A stretch of 32,000 bases of DNA from NCBI GenBank assembly GCA_031316235.1, contig JALDRA010000001.1, forward strand, positions 3,540,001 to 3,572,000, written 5' to 3'. Both the position numbers and the translations under genes were made by a program. The notes below the pieces were generated by a model, which was not told the origin of the DNA, made no database searches, and worked only from the letters and a program-made list of their open reading frames with translations. This stretch comes from Candidatus Scalindua sp. (GTDB lineage: Bacteria > Planctomycetota > Brocadiia > Brocadiales > Scalinduaceae). Shown piece after piece: positions 11,899 to 19,881 of the stretch; the first letter of the stretch is position 1; each line of letters starts with the position of its first letter.

Positions 11899-14800
11899 TT
11901 ATTCTGTAAGAACTGAATGCCTTTTGTATTTTTTCATAAATTTCTGTTTTATCTCTTCAGCAATGATATAGACACACGGGATTAGGATCAGGATCAAAGA
12001 GGTGGAAAATATCATTCCCCAGACAAAGGTATTGGCGAGCGGCGCCCACAAAGGACTTTTCCCGCCGATTCCAATGGCCATAGGCAGCATACCGACTACG
12101 GTTGTAATCGTAGTAAGGAAGATTGGCCGAAACCTCGTAAGTGATGCCCTGATTATAGGAAAGTACGGTTTCCCTTTTGCTCCCTTTTTTTTCAAATCGT
12201 TGCTGAAAGAGATAAGCACAATGGAATCATTTACTATGACGCCTGCCAGGCCGACGATTCCAATCATGGTGGGAAACGTAAAATAACTCCCGCTCACAAT
12301 AAGCCCGAATACTACACCAATAGTTCCAAAAGGGATTGCAAGCATGACAATGACGGGCTGAATAAATGAGTTGAACTGTGTGGAGAGAATCAGAAATATT
12401 AAAAACAGGGCGAGCAAAAAAGAGAGGACAACTTCCCGGACAGACTTTTGCGTTTTTTCATATTCTCCTCCAAAATGAACTGATACTTCCGGGTATCCGG
12501 GCAGAATCTCTTCATTGATTATTGTCTTCATTTCTCTATTTACCCTGGAAGAGTTCGTAATTTCACTGTTTACTTCCGAGCTTATGGTTATGGCCCTTTT
12601 TCTGTTAAAGTGCATGAACTGAAAAGTTGTGGGTTCTATGTCAAGATAGGCAACTTCCTTTAAGGGTATTGTTTGTCCATCCTGTGTTGCAACACTGAGG
12701 TTCAGTATAGATCCAAAGTCCTTTCGGTATTCCTTGCTTAACCGTACATAGACGTCAATTTCTTCATTCTCTTCATGATACACTGAAGCCTTTATTCCCT
12801 CAAAGGCTGTCTGTACAGCGGCTGAAAGTTCCTGCTGTGTGATACCATACCGTTTTGCCTTAATCGGTTTCAGTTTTACACGGAGCTCTTTCATGTTTTT
12901 CTTATAATTACTGCTTACGTCGATGGTTCCCTTTATCTCCTTTAATTTCTCTCTTACTTCAAGAGATGCCTGCTCAAGCGTGTCCCAATTGTCTCCGATT
13001 ACTCTTATTTCTACCGGTGGTCCTGAAGGAGGGCCTTCCTTTAATCTCTGAACCTTAAATTCTTCAATTCCATTAATTTTTTTCAGGATGTCCCTTGTTG
13101 CGGCTGCCAGCGATTCAATAGACCTTGATCTTTTCTTTGCCGGTTTCAAGACTACGTTTATTGTCCCCAGATGTTCGGCAGTAGTAACCATGTACTCAAT
13201 CTCTACGAAACCTGCCACTGAGATCAGGGAATCAATCTCTTCCTTAAATGCGATATCGAGAAGAGTGTTTATCTCTTCCAGCTTCTCTTCCGTTGTATCG
13301 AGTCTCGTTCCTACCGGCAGCCAGACCTTTACATCAAACCTCGGATAGGCATCATTTGATGGAAATAATTCAACTCCTATTTTTGGAATAGCTGATAAAC
13401 TGAGCGTTAAAACAAGGATAAAGATTCCAACGACAAGGTAGCGGCGTCTCATGCAGAAGATAATGATCTTCCGATAAAATCTTTTTATACTCTTTAAAGA
13501 AGGCAGTTGAGTCCTCCACCTGCCTATCCCGGCCCTCTCCTTGATTTTCCTTTTTGCAGATGACCGGGTAAATTCCATGATATGAGAGGGCATCATGAAA
13601 AGCACCTCAAAAAGAGACGCAATAAGGGCGAAAATAATGGTCTTTGGGATAATACTGACAAATTTGCCCATTATACCGCTTATGAGAAATAACGGTGCAA
13701 AAGCTGCCATTGAAGTGAGAACAGCGGAAATGAGCGGCCACTTTACTTCTTCAACACCCTTGATAATTGCATCTTTTTTCTTCATACCCGTTTCTAAGTA
13801 ACGATGTATGTTTTCAAGGACAATAATTGCATCATCAACAATCATTCCCAGAACGAGAACCAGGGCAAAAAGGGATATACCATTGATGGAAAGGCCGAAG
13901 ATTTTCATCAAAATAAACGTAAGAAAGAAACAGACAGGAATTCCCAGAAACGCAAAAATCGCCTGCCGTCTTCCCAGGAATAAAGCAAGCGATACAAATA
14001 CCAATATCATGCCGATACCTGCATTCTTTTGAAGCACTCCTATTCTATCCCGTATTTCAAGCGAAGTATTATTGAACAGGGTTATCTCCAGATTTTGTAA
14101 ACTCCTTTCCTGATACCGCTGTGCTGTCTCCTTGATTTTATCTATAATTTTGATTACATTACTCTTTTTCTTTCTTTTTACCTGAAGTATGATAGCCGGT
14201 TTACCCTTGAGTTTAGTAAGTGTAGTAGCGTCCTCATGACCAGTCTCTATGGAGGCAAAGTCTTCAAGGAGGACGACACCATCTGATTCTTCGTTAATAA
14301 AAACAAGCTTTTTGAATTCTTCTACATCGGTATATTTTCCCATTACCCTGATACCGATTGTATGATCTCCTATGACTATATGTCCACTCGTAACGTTTTT
14401 GTTTCTTTCATGAATTTCCTGAACTACGGTATTCATCGTAAGGCCATAAGATTCGAGTTTTCTCGGGTCTACATTGATGTATACCCGTCTTTCACGTTTG
14501 CCGAGTGCTGTTACTTCGGAAATGCCTTTGATATCTTCCAGTTCGTCGGCAAGCTCTTGAGCTTTTTCAAACAATTGATCTGTCGTTAACTCTCCACCCA
14601 ATGCGATGAGGCAGATTGGGAAAAAAGCTGTGTCAAGAGGTTTTATGATGGGTTTTTCGGTGTCGTCCGGGAAATTATCAATCTTGTCTACTTCATTTCT
14701 GAGGTCCTGAATCTTCGGATTCATCTCTTTGATCTCATCATCGAATTCTACATCGATTTTTGAGAAATTAGTGGATGAAGAGGAGATCATCTTTTTTATT

Positions 14801-15027
14801 CCTGAAATGTCTTTTATCTCTTTCTCAATTGATGAGGTGATAAATTTTTCAACATCTTCGGGGGCAAGGTTCTTGTGGGTGGTCGTAATGATTGCCTGGT
14901 TAAAATTTAAGTCAGGATCAAGGTATTTCGGCATCGAGTTGTAGCAATAGATTCCTGAGAAAACAATCAAGATGAAGATCAGCCTGACGAGGATAGGTTT
15001 ATTAAGACCGAGTTTTGTGATATGCAT
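11899..15027 (-). CDS. RND efflux transporter permease (AcrB/AcrD/AcrF family)
   Basis: 1042 aa with two large soluble loops and clusters of hydrophobic helices. The family-typical segments are GMIVDDAIIVLENI and GVIVNDSIVLISF. It sits downstream of a membrane-fusion protein gene. Confidence 0.93.
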   Translation of the reverse strand: MHITKLGLNKPILVRLIFILIVFSGIYCYNSMPKYLDPDLNFNQAIITTTHKNLAPEDVEKFITSSIEKEIKDISGIKKMISSSSTNFSKIDVEFDDEIKEMNPKIQDLRNEVDKIDNFPDDTEKPIIKPLDTAFFPICLIALGGELTTDQLFEKAQELADELEDIKGISEVTALGKRERRVYINVDPRKLESYGLTMNTVVQEIHERNKNVTSGHIVIGDHTIGIRVMGKYTDVEEFKKLVFINEESDGVVLLEDFASIETGHEDATTLTKLKGKPAIILQVKRKKKSNVIKIIDKIKETAQRYQERSLQNLEITLFNNTSLEIRDRIGVLQKNAGIGMILVFVSLALFLGRRQAIFAFLGIPVCFFLTFILMKIFGLSINGISLFALVLVLGMIVDDAIIVLENIHRYLETGMKKKDAIIKGVEEVKWPLISAVLTSMAAFAPLFLISGIMGKFVSIIPKTIIFALIASLFEVLFMMPSHIMEFTRSSAKRKIKERAGIGRWRTQLPSLKSIKRFYRKIIIFCMRRRYLVVGIFILVLTLSLSAIPKIGVELFPSNDAYPRFDVKVWLPVGTRLDTTEEKLEEINTLLDIAFKEEIDSLISVAGFVEIEYMVTTAEHLGTINVVLKPAKKRSRSIESLAAATRDILKKINGIEEFKVQRLKEGPPSGPPVEIRVIGDNWDTLEQASLEVREKLKEIKGTIDVSSNYKKNMKELRVKLKPIKAKRYGITQQELSAAVQTAFEGIKASVYHEENEEIDVYVRLSKEYRKDFGSILNLSVATQDGQTIPLKEVAYLDIEPTTFQFMHFNRKRAITISSEVNSEITNSSRVNREMKTIINEEILPGYPEVSVHFGGEYEKTQKSVREVVLSFLLALFLIFLILSTQFNSFIQPVIVMLAIPFGTIGVVFGLIVSGSYFTFPTMIGIVGLAGVIVNDSIVLISFSNDLKKKGAKGKPYFPIIRASLTRFRPIFLTTITTVVGMLPMAIGIGGKSPLWAPLANTFVWGMIFSTSLILILIPCVYIIAEEIKQKFMKKYKRHSVLTE

Positions 15028-15153
15028 TAATAATTGTGAGCTTAGGGTTCACGAAAAAATACCAGGTTGTTTATTCCTGAACTCGTTGCTGTTGTTTTGT
15101 GTCAATTGTGTCTCTGTGTGCGGCTCTTTTGACCTTCAGGAAACCTGTAACAG

Positions 15154-15292
15154 CATACTCATCGTATAATGGTTTTCGGATAAAATCCGGGAAAAAATGG
15201 AGCGAGTAAAGTCCTCGGCGATTTTTGTCCGGGGATACCTTCACCAATATCTGGTTTCCAGAAAAACCGAAAACCAAATCGGTTTTAGTATA
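15154..15292 (-). repeat. Structured intergenic repeat (MITE-like), copy A, long variant
   Basis: 139 nt. Its reverse complement aligns along its length with copy C (18495-18637) and shares termini and both hairpins with copies D, E and F. It lies in the 339-nt gap between the MFP and RND genes. Confidence 0.85.
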
Positions 15293-15366
15293 CATAAGTA
15301 CATCCCGGGTAAAGGATGAGGACACCTTGAATCTGGACAGTTCCGGTCCCGCCACAGGGTGTGTGT

Positions 15367-16557
15367 TCAGTCATTAATTAGTTCTCCCGGGAGCAGTTTC
15401 TGGGAAGAAAAGATAATGATCTTGTCTCCTTCTTCAAGACCTTCAAAGAGAAATATCTCTTTTGCCAGATAGTTTTCCTGATTGACAGGGATGAATTTTA
15501 CTCGATTGTTTGACAGGGTAAATACTCCAAGGTTGTTATCGTTAAATCTCAACCAGTCAGCTCTTATTGGATATGCTTCGATACTGTTTGTGGCCAGGCG
15601 GATTGTCGCAGTCATTCCCGGGTATATGTCTCTCTTCTCATTCGAAACAATAAGTTCAATATTGAATAGATGCGTTTTGGGATCTGCTACCGGGGAGATA
15701 AACCTTACTTTACCTGAAATATTCTTTCTGATTGCGGGAATCGTAACTTCAACCTCATGGCCAATAAAAAGATAGGAGAGCTCCTGTTCGGAGACGGCAA
15801 AGGTGATTTTCAGCGGGTCCAGGACCACAATTTCAAGGAGCTTTTGACCGATTCCAACGAACTCTCCTTCTTCGGCATACTTACTGGAAACGACACCTTC
15901 GACTACCGATACAATTCTTGTTTTCCGGAAATTATTTTCCGCGATATCAAGATTTTTTTTGGCAATCAGGACTTCGTTTTCAGCCGATTCGATCTCTTCG
16001 TCCCGGGAGCCATCATTTGCAATTTCCAGATCTTTTTTTGCTATTTCCAGAGTCGTCAAAGCAACCTGATATTTCGTATCAGCATCATCACGTTCTTCTT
16101 CAGAAACGTGTCCTTCCGAAAAAAGCTTTGAAATCCGCTTATAAGCATTCTCTTCATGTTTTTTGTTTTCTTCAAATTTTTCTACCTGCAGACGGAAGAC
16201 TTTTATCTCATCGTCACGGTAAGGATTTTCAACGAGTTTTTTATTCACGACTGCTTTGTTATAACGGGTATGTGCTGCCTCGACCTGCAGAAAGGAGGAA
16301 TGACGGTCAACGTCTGCAAGAATCATCTCTTTTGTAACCTGATCACCTTTGTCGACATTTAAGTGTTCGAGAAGGCCGCTGATTTCTGATGAAACTTTGA
16401 TACTCTTCCAGGGAATAACAGTACCCGTCTTTTCAATCGTTTTTGTGAGGTGCTGTTTTTCCACAGCTATAGTCTTGATCTTACGGTCTTTTGCTGCATC
16501 TGCTGCTGTGAATTGACAGGAAAGAAATAATACGAGAAAGATGATTGTTCTCTTCAT
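15367..16557 (-). CDS. RND efflux periplasmic adaptor (membrane-fusion protein, HlyD family)
   Basis: 396 aa with a signal-like N-terminus, a long charged coiled-coil centre (EEERDDADTKYQVALTTLEIAKKDLEIA...) and a beta-rich C-terminus. It is upstream of the RND permease on the same strand. Confidence 0.88.
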   Translation of the reverse strand: MKRTIIFLVLFLSCQFTAADAAKDRKIKTIAVEKQHLTKTIEKTGTVIPWKSIKVSSEISGLLEHLNVDKGDQVTKEMILADVDRHSSFLQVEAAHTRYNKAVVNKKLVENPYRDDEIKVFRLQVEKFEENKKHEENAYKRISKLFSEGHVSEEERDDADTKYQVALTTLEIAKKDLEIANDGSRDEEIESAENEVLIAKKNLDIAENNFRKTRIVSVVEGVVSSKYAEEGEFVGIGQKLLEIVVLDPLKITFAVSEQELSYLFIGHEVEVTIPAIRKNISGKVRFISPVADPKTHLFNIELIVSNEKRDIYPGMTATIRLATNSIEAYPIRADWLRFNDNNLGVFTLSNNRVKFIPVNQENYLAKEIFLFEGLEEGDKIIIFSSQKLLPGELIND

Positions 16558-16633
16558 ATGATTTTCTTAGATTACAGATCTACACAACCTGGTCAGTGAG
16601 TAAAGAGTATTAAAAAAATCCTGCAGAGTCTTA

Positions 16634-16808
16634 TATACTGAAACCGATCTGGTTTTAGATTTTTCTAAAAACCAAGGCCTGGTTGCTGGTAGCCCAGGAC
16701 AAAATCCGCATCTGAGTATTCCTGAGGTTCTGGTTTTGTTCAATCGAAAAACCGAAATTTCATGCAGACTCATGTCCTGAGATTCAAAAATTATTTTACC
16801 ATGAGTAC
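16634..16808 (+). repeat. Structured intergenic repeat, copy B (shortened module A at 16634-16720 plus module B at 16721-16808)
   Basis: It starts TATACTGAAACCGATCTGGTTTTAGATTTTTCTAAAAACC, like copy C. The second part aligns at about 75-80% by eye with 28215-28299. Confidence 0.75.
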
Positions 16809-17025
16809 AGGAAACGGCATCCTCAAGTATTTTTTTTGAACCGGCTGAAAATATACCGGAGAACCAAGGGCCAAGGAAAGAATAACTTTGTGTTTTTTCC
16901 TGCACCCTGAGGAATAAGAGACGTGGGAGAGTCTATCACATACAGCAAAGGAGTGCAAGAGTCATATTGTTTCGGTCTCAATGGTTTGCAGCTCTTGTTT
17001 ACTGCAAAATCATTGATTTTTCAAT

Positions 17026-17058
17026 CGGCATATTCCGCATAGTGTGTGGAATATGCCG
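17026..17058. other. Perfect 11-bp inverted repeat upstream of the MFS gene
   Basis: CGGCATATTCC (17026-17036), an 11-nt loop, then GGAATATGCCG (17048-17058). It lies about 100 nt upstream of ATG 17160, and no T-run follows. Confidence 0.4.
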
Positions 17059-17159
17059 GCACCCGGTCCCGAGTGTTTCAATCAGGCAAAAGGCATGAAT
17101 AGAGAGGTAAATTGTTCTTGATATTTTCATGGCTATTGAAGGCTGCGGGTTATAAAATC

Positions 17160-18476
17160 ATGCAGATGAAAGAGGAAAAAGAGAGGAATATTTCTGCATG
17201 GTGCATCTATGATTGGGCGAACTCAGCCTTTGCGACGACCGTAATTGCAGGTATTTTACCCCTGTACTTTGCTACCGTAATTGTTCCATCAGGTGGATGG
17301 GAATTGAAATTATATGGTGTGAGTATGGTTACCAATGCTGCGACGATGTGGGCTTTCCTGTCAGGATTAACAGCACTTTTTGTCTTTATAACAATGCCTG
17401 CCCTGGGCGCTGTTGCTGATTATTGCGGAACAAAAAAAAAGTTCTTAATGGTGTTTTGTTACGGGGGAAGTCTGTTTACGGGGCTCATGTATTTTTGTGG
17501 TAGCGGTGATGTATGGATGACGATGATATTATTTTTCCTTGCTAATGCCGCTTTTACGAGTGCAAACATCTTTTACGATGCATTTCTCCCGGAGATTGTC
17601 TCTGGAAATGAAATTGACCGAGTTTCCGGGAAGGGGTATGCTTATGGGTATCTTGGCGGTGGCCTTCAATTCCTCATCTGTCTCGCTTTGATTTTTGCAC
17701 ACGAAAAGATAGGCATGAGTAAGGAGTCGGCGGTACGCATAAGTCTGCTGTTTTCGGGAATCTGGTGGGCAGGCTTTGCGACAATTACCTTTCTTGGATT
17801 GCGTGAAAGTAAGGTAAACCGATCACCTGGTAAAGATCAGCATACGTTCATGCTGTGGTATCATATTCATCAGGGGATTTCGCAGACGTTGAGCACCGTC
17901 TGCAGTATCAAACGATATAAGGACCAGGTTTTGTTTCTTATTGCCTTTATGTTTTACAATGACGGTATCTACACGGTTATCAGGATGGCCACAATCTTTG
18001 GTAAGGATGAACTTGACCTGAGAGATGAAATCCTGCTCGGTACACTTTTGCTGGTGCAGTTTATTGGAATCGGGGGGGCAGTGCTGTTCAGTCGCGTTGC
18101 AGGGGCATTCGGTGCGAAGAAGGTGCTGATTTTTGTACTGTTTCTCTGGTCAGGTATACTTTGCTACGCGTACTTTATCAATAGTCCGGTCGATTTTTTA
18201 CTTCTGGGAACAGCGGTAGGCCTCGTCCTTGGAGGGTCTCAATCTTTAAGCAGATCGCTGTACGCCGCTATGGTTCCCAGAGAGTCTGCCGCAGAGTTTT
18301 TTGGTTTTTATTCGGTATCTGAGAAGTTTTCTGCAATATGGGGGCCCTTTGTATTCGGAATTATCCGTCAGGTGACAGGGTCTTCCCGGCTTTCAATCCT
18401 GTCTCTCGTTGGTTTTTTTATTACGGGAATTGTGATGTTATGGTTAGTTGAGGAAAGGCGAGACAGCACAGCGTGA
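17160..18476 (+). CDS. MFS transporter, UMF1 (Atg22-like) family
   Basis: Track ORF 17112..18476. I prefer ATG 17160 (MQMKEEKERNISAWCIYDWANSAFATT), whose WC.YDWANSAF segment is the usual N-terminus of this family. There are about 12 hydrophobic segments. Confidence 0.88.
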   Translation: MQMKEEKERNISAWCIYDWANSAFATTVIAGILPLYFATVIVPSGGWELKLYGVSMVTNAATMWAFLSGLTALFVFITMPALGAVADYCGTKKKFLMVFCYGGSLFTGLMYFCGSGDVWMTMILFFLANAAFTSANIFYDAFLPEIVSGNEIDRVSGKGYAYGYLGGGLQFLICLALIFAHEKIGMSKESAVRISLLFSGIWWAGFATITFLGLRESKVNRSPGKDQHTFMLWYHIHQGISQTLSTVCSIKRYKDQVLFLIAFMFYNDGIYTVIRMATIFGKDELDLRDEILLGTLLLVQFIGIGGAVLFSRVAGAFGAKKVLIFVLFLWSGILCYAYFINSPVDFLLLGTAVGLVLGGSQSLSRSLYAAMVPRESAAEFFGFYSVSEKFSAIWGPFVFGIIRQVTGSSRLSILSLVGFFITGIVMLWLVEERRDSTA

Positions 18477-18494
18477 AACAAAACTCTTTGAAGG

Positions 18495-18637
18495 TATGCG
18501 AAAACCGATCTGGTTTTAGATTTTTCTAAAAACCAAAGCGTGGTTAATGGTATCCCCGGACAAAACCAGGCGCCGAGGACTTTACCCGCTCCGCTTTATC
18601 CCGGATTTTATCCGAAAACCATCAGGAGATGAGTACA
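18495..18637 (+). repeat. Structured intergenic repeat, copy C, long variant
   Basis: 143 nt. It begins 19 nt after the MFS stop and ends 1 nt before the stop of the convergent 18639..19520 gene. It contains the GGTTTTAGA/TCTAAAAACC hairpin and the CGGATTTTATCCG hairpin. Confidence 0.85.
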
Positions 18638-18638
18638 T

Positions 18639-19520
18639 TCAGGTTAGTTTCAGATATTCTTTAATATTTGATTTCTTGTTTATAACAGGTTTGATCTTCC
18701 CTTTTGCTGAGGTTAAGACCGTCATAACGCCTGGACCGTGACCTGCAATGACGCAATCTGAATGTACGATAATACCAATTGAGACAGCACCTGTTTTGTA
18801 GATTCTTCCATAGGAGTGGTCAGCATCGGTTATGGCCACAAAGTCTCCAAAACGAAGTGTACCTAGCCCGTATTTCTTGACAATCTGTTCATCAAACATC
18901 TGTATGTCATAGTCTCCGGAGTAGCTGTGACTTGAGCCAAGTCCTGATCCCATTATTGCGGCGGGTACAAGATGGGTTACCGGAAAGTCGAGGACTCCTT
19001 TCGTCTCTTTCAGCGGAATTTTCAAAAGGAGGTCTGGTGAGATGTTCATGACGAGGATCTCCGGAAAATAATCTGTGAGGGCCAGACCTGTTCCGTAAGC
19101 CTTTATCTGCATCTTATCTCCCACTGCCATTTTTTCAAGTGTTTCTGAAGGGAAGTCTATCAAAACGTGTTCAATACCTCCGTGTTTTCCAAATACTATG
19201 CCTTCTGCACCTTTCGCGTCACCGGATATGACCTTTGCCTTATTTCCTGCGCAGGCTAATGTATTGAGACCGGCATTTGGGGACCAGCTACCGATGGATT
19301 TTTCAGTATTTGTAATACTGACCCCTGGTTCAACATGATCGGCAGCCCATCCGACAGCTGCGTCACCAACACGTATATTATAGGTTATACCGCCAACGCT
19401 TGGGAGGACAAGAGGCCTGCCATCGGCACTGATAACATAAGGATTCCTTGAAAAAGTGGGACTCGATATCTGCCCAACTACTGATTGGATTACTAGTTTG
19501 TTTTTATTTGTCTTGATCAC
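18639..19520 (-). CDS. Conserved hypothetical protein, DUF4438-like
   Basis: A 293-aa uninterrupted ORF with globular composition. The DUF4438 assignment is from recollection only (no search), so the function is unknown. Confidence 0.75.
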   Translation of the reverse strand: MIKTNKNKLVIQSVVGQISSPTFSRNPYVISADGRPLVLPSVGGITYNIRVGDAAVGWAADHVEPGVSITNTEKSIGSWSPNAGLNTLACAGNKAKVISGDAKGAEGIVFGKHGGIEHVLIDFPSETLEKMAVGDKMQIKAYGTGLALTDYFPEILVMNISPDLLLKIPLKETKGVLDFPVTHLVPAAIMGSGLGSSHSYSGDYDIQMFDEQIVKKYGLGTLRFGDFVAITDADHSYGRIYKTGAVSIGIIVHSDCVIAGHGPGVMTVLTSAKGKIKPVINKKSNIKEYLKLT

Positions 19521-19596
19521 TTTCCCATTTCCCCCCCACGTGATAATGATATAAATAACATCCAGCCCTGCTGAGCCAGAACCAATCAGGGGTTAA

Positions 19597-19709
19597 TATA
19601 CTAAAACCGATCTGGTTTTCGGTTTTACCGGAAACCAGATCCTGGTTGCTGGTATACTTGCTCAAATTTATCTCGGATTTTATCCGAAATCCAGTATGAG
19701 ATGAGTATA
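19597..19709 (+). repeat. Structured intergenic repeat, copy D, standard 113-nt form
   Basis: It runs from TATACTAAAACC to GAGATGAGTATA. Hairpin 1 is GATCTGGTTTTCGG (19609-19622) paired with CCGGAAACCAGATC (19628-19641). Hairpin 2 is TCGGATTTTATCCGA (19673-19687). It is about 88% identical by eye to the reverse complement of 28300-28411. Confidence 0.88.
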
Positions 19710-19881
19710 TTTTTCTCATTGGTCAGCAATTTACCATATTTGTTGACTTTGTGCCAAGTGAATTCCATCAATATACTCTTGATTAATATTGTCTGTTTAG
19801 GTATATTCTCTAACCTCTCCTTGTAACTGATAGTTACGCATTATTTTACTCTAATGTATGAATAGTTCTATCCTCTACTAA

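Noticed and set aside
12002-14944. Several 68-94-aa plus-strand ORFs inside the RND gene, with similar antisense ORFs inside the transposase, MFP, murJ, thiE, purF, purM, pssA and J-domain genes
   Set aside because: They are antisense shadow ORFs within long, well-supported coding regions.
15071-15355. Similar peptide translations from repeat copies A and C (also 18547..18741): SPDK(N/T)RR(R)GLY(S/P)L(H/R)F(F/I)PDFIRKP..DEY. These could suggest a small conserved protein encoded by the element.
   Set aside because: They are present only in the two long variants. The standard, minimal and composite copies (D, F, B, E) lack the insert or break the frame, and there is no RBS or credible start. 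The similarity follows trivially from the DNA repeat. A coding role is not formally excluded without a genome-wide alignment.
16567-16905. A 112-aa minus-strand ORF upstream of the MFP gene
   Set aside because: It runs straight through repeat copy B (modules A and B), has no recognisable family, and has odd composition. It is most likely a chance open frame. The same applies to 19504..19719 over copy D and 31194..31379 over copy F.
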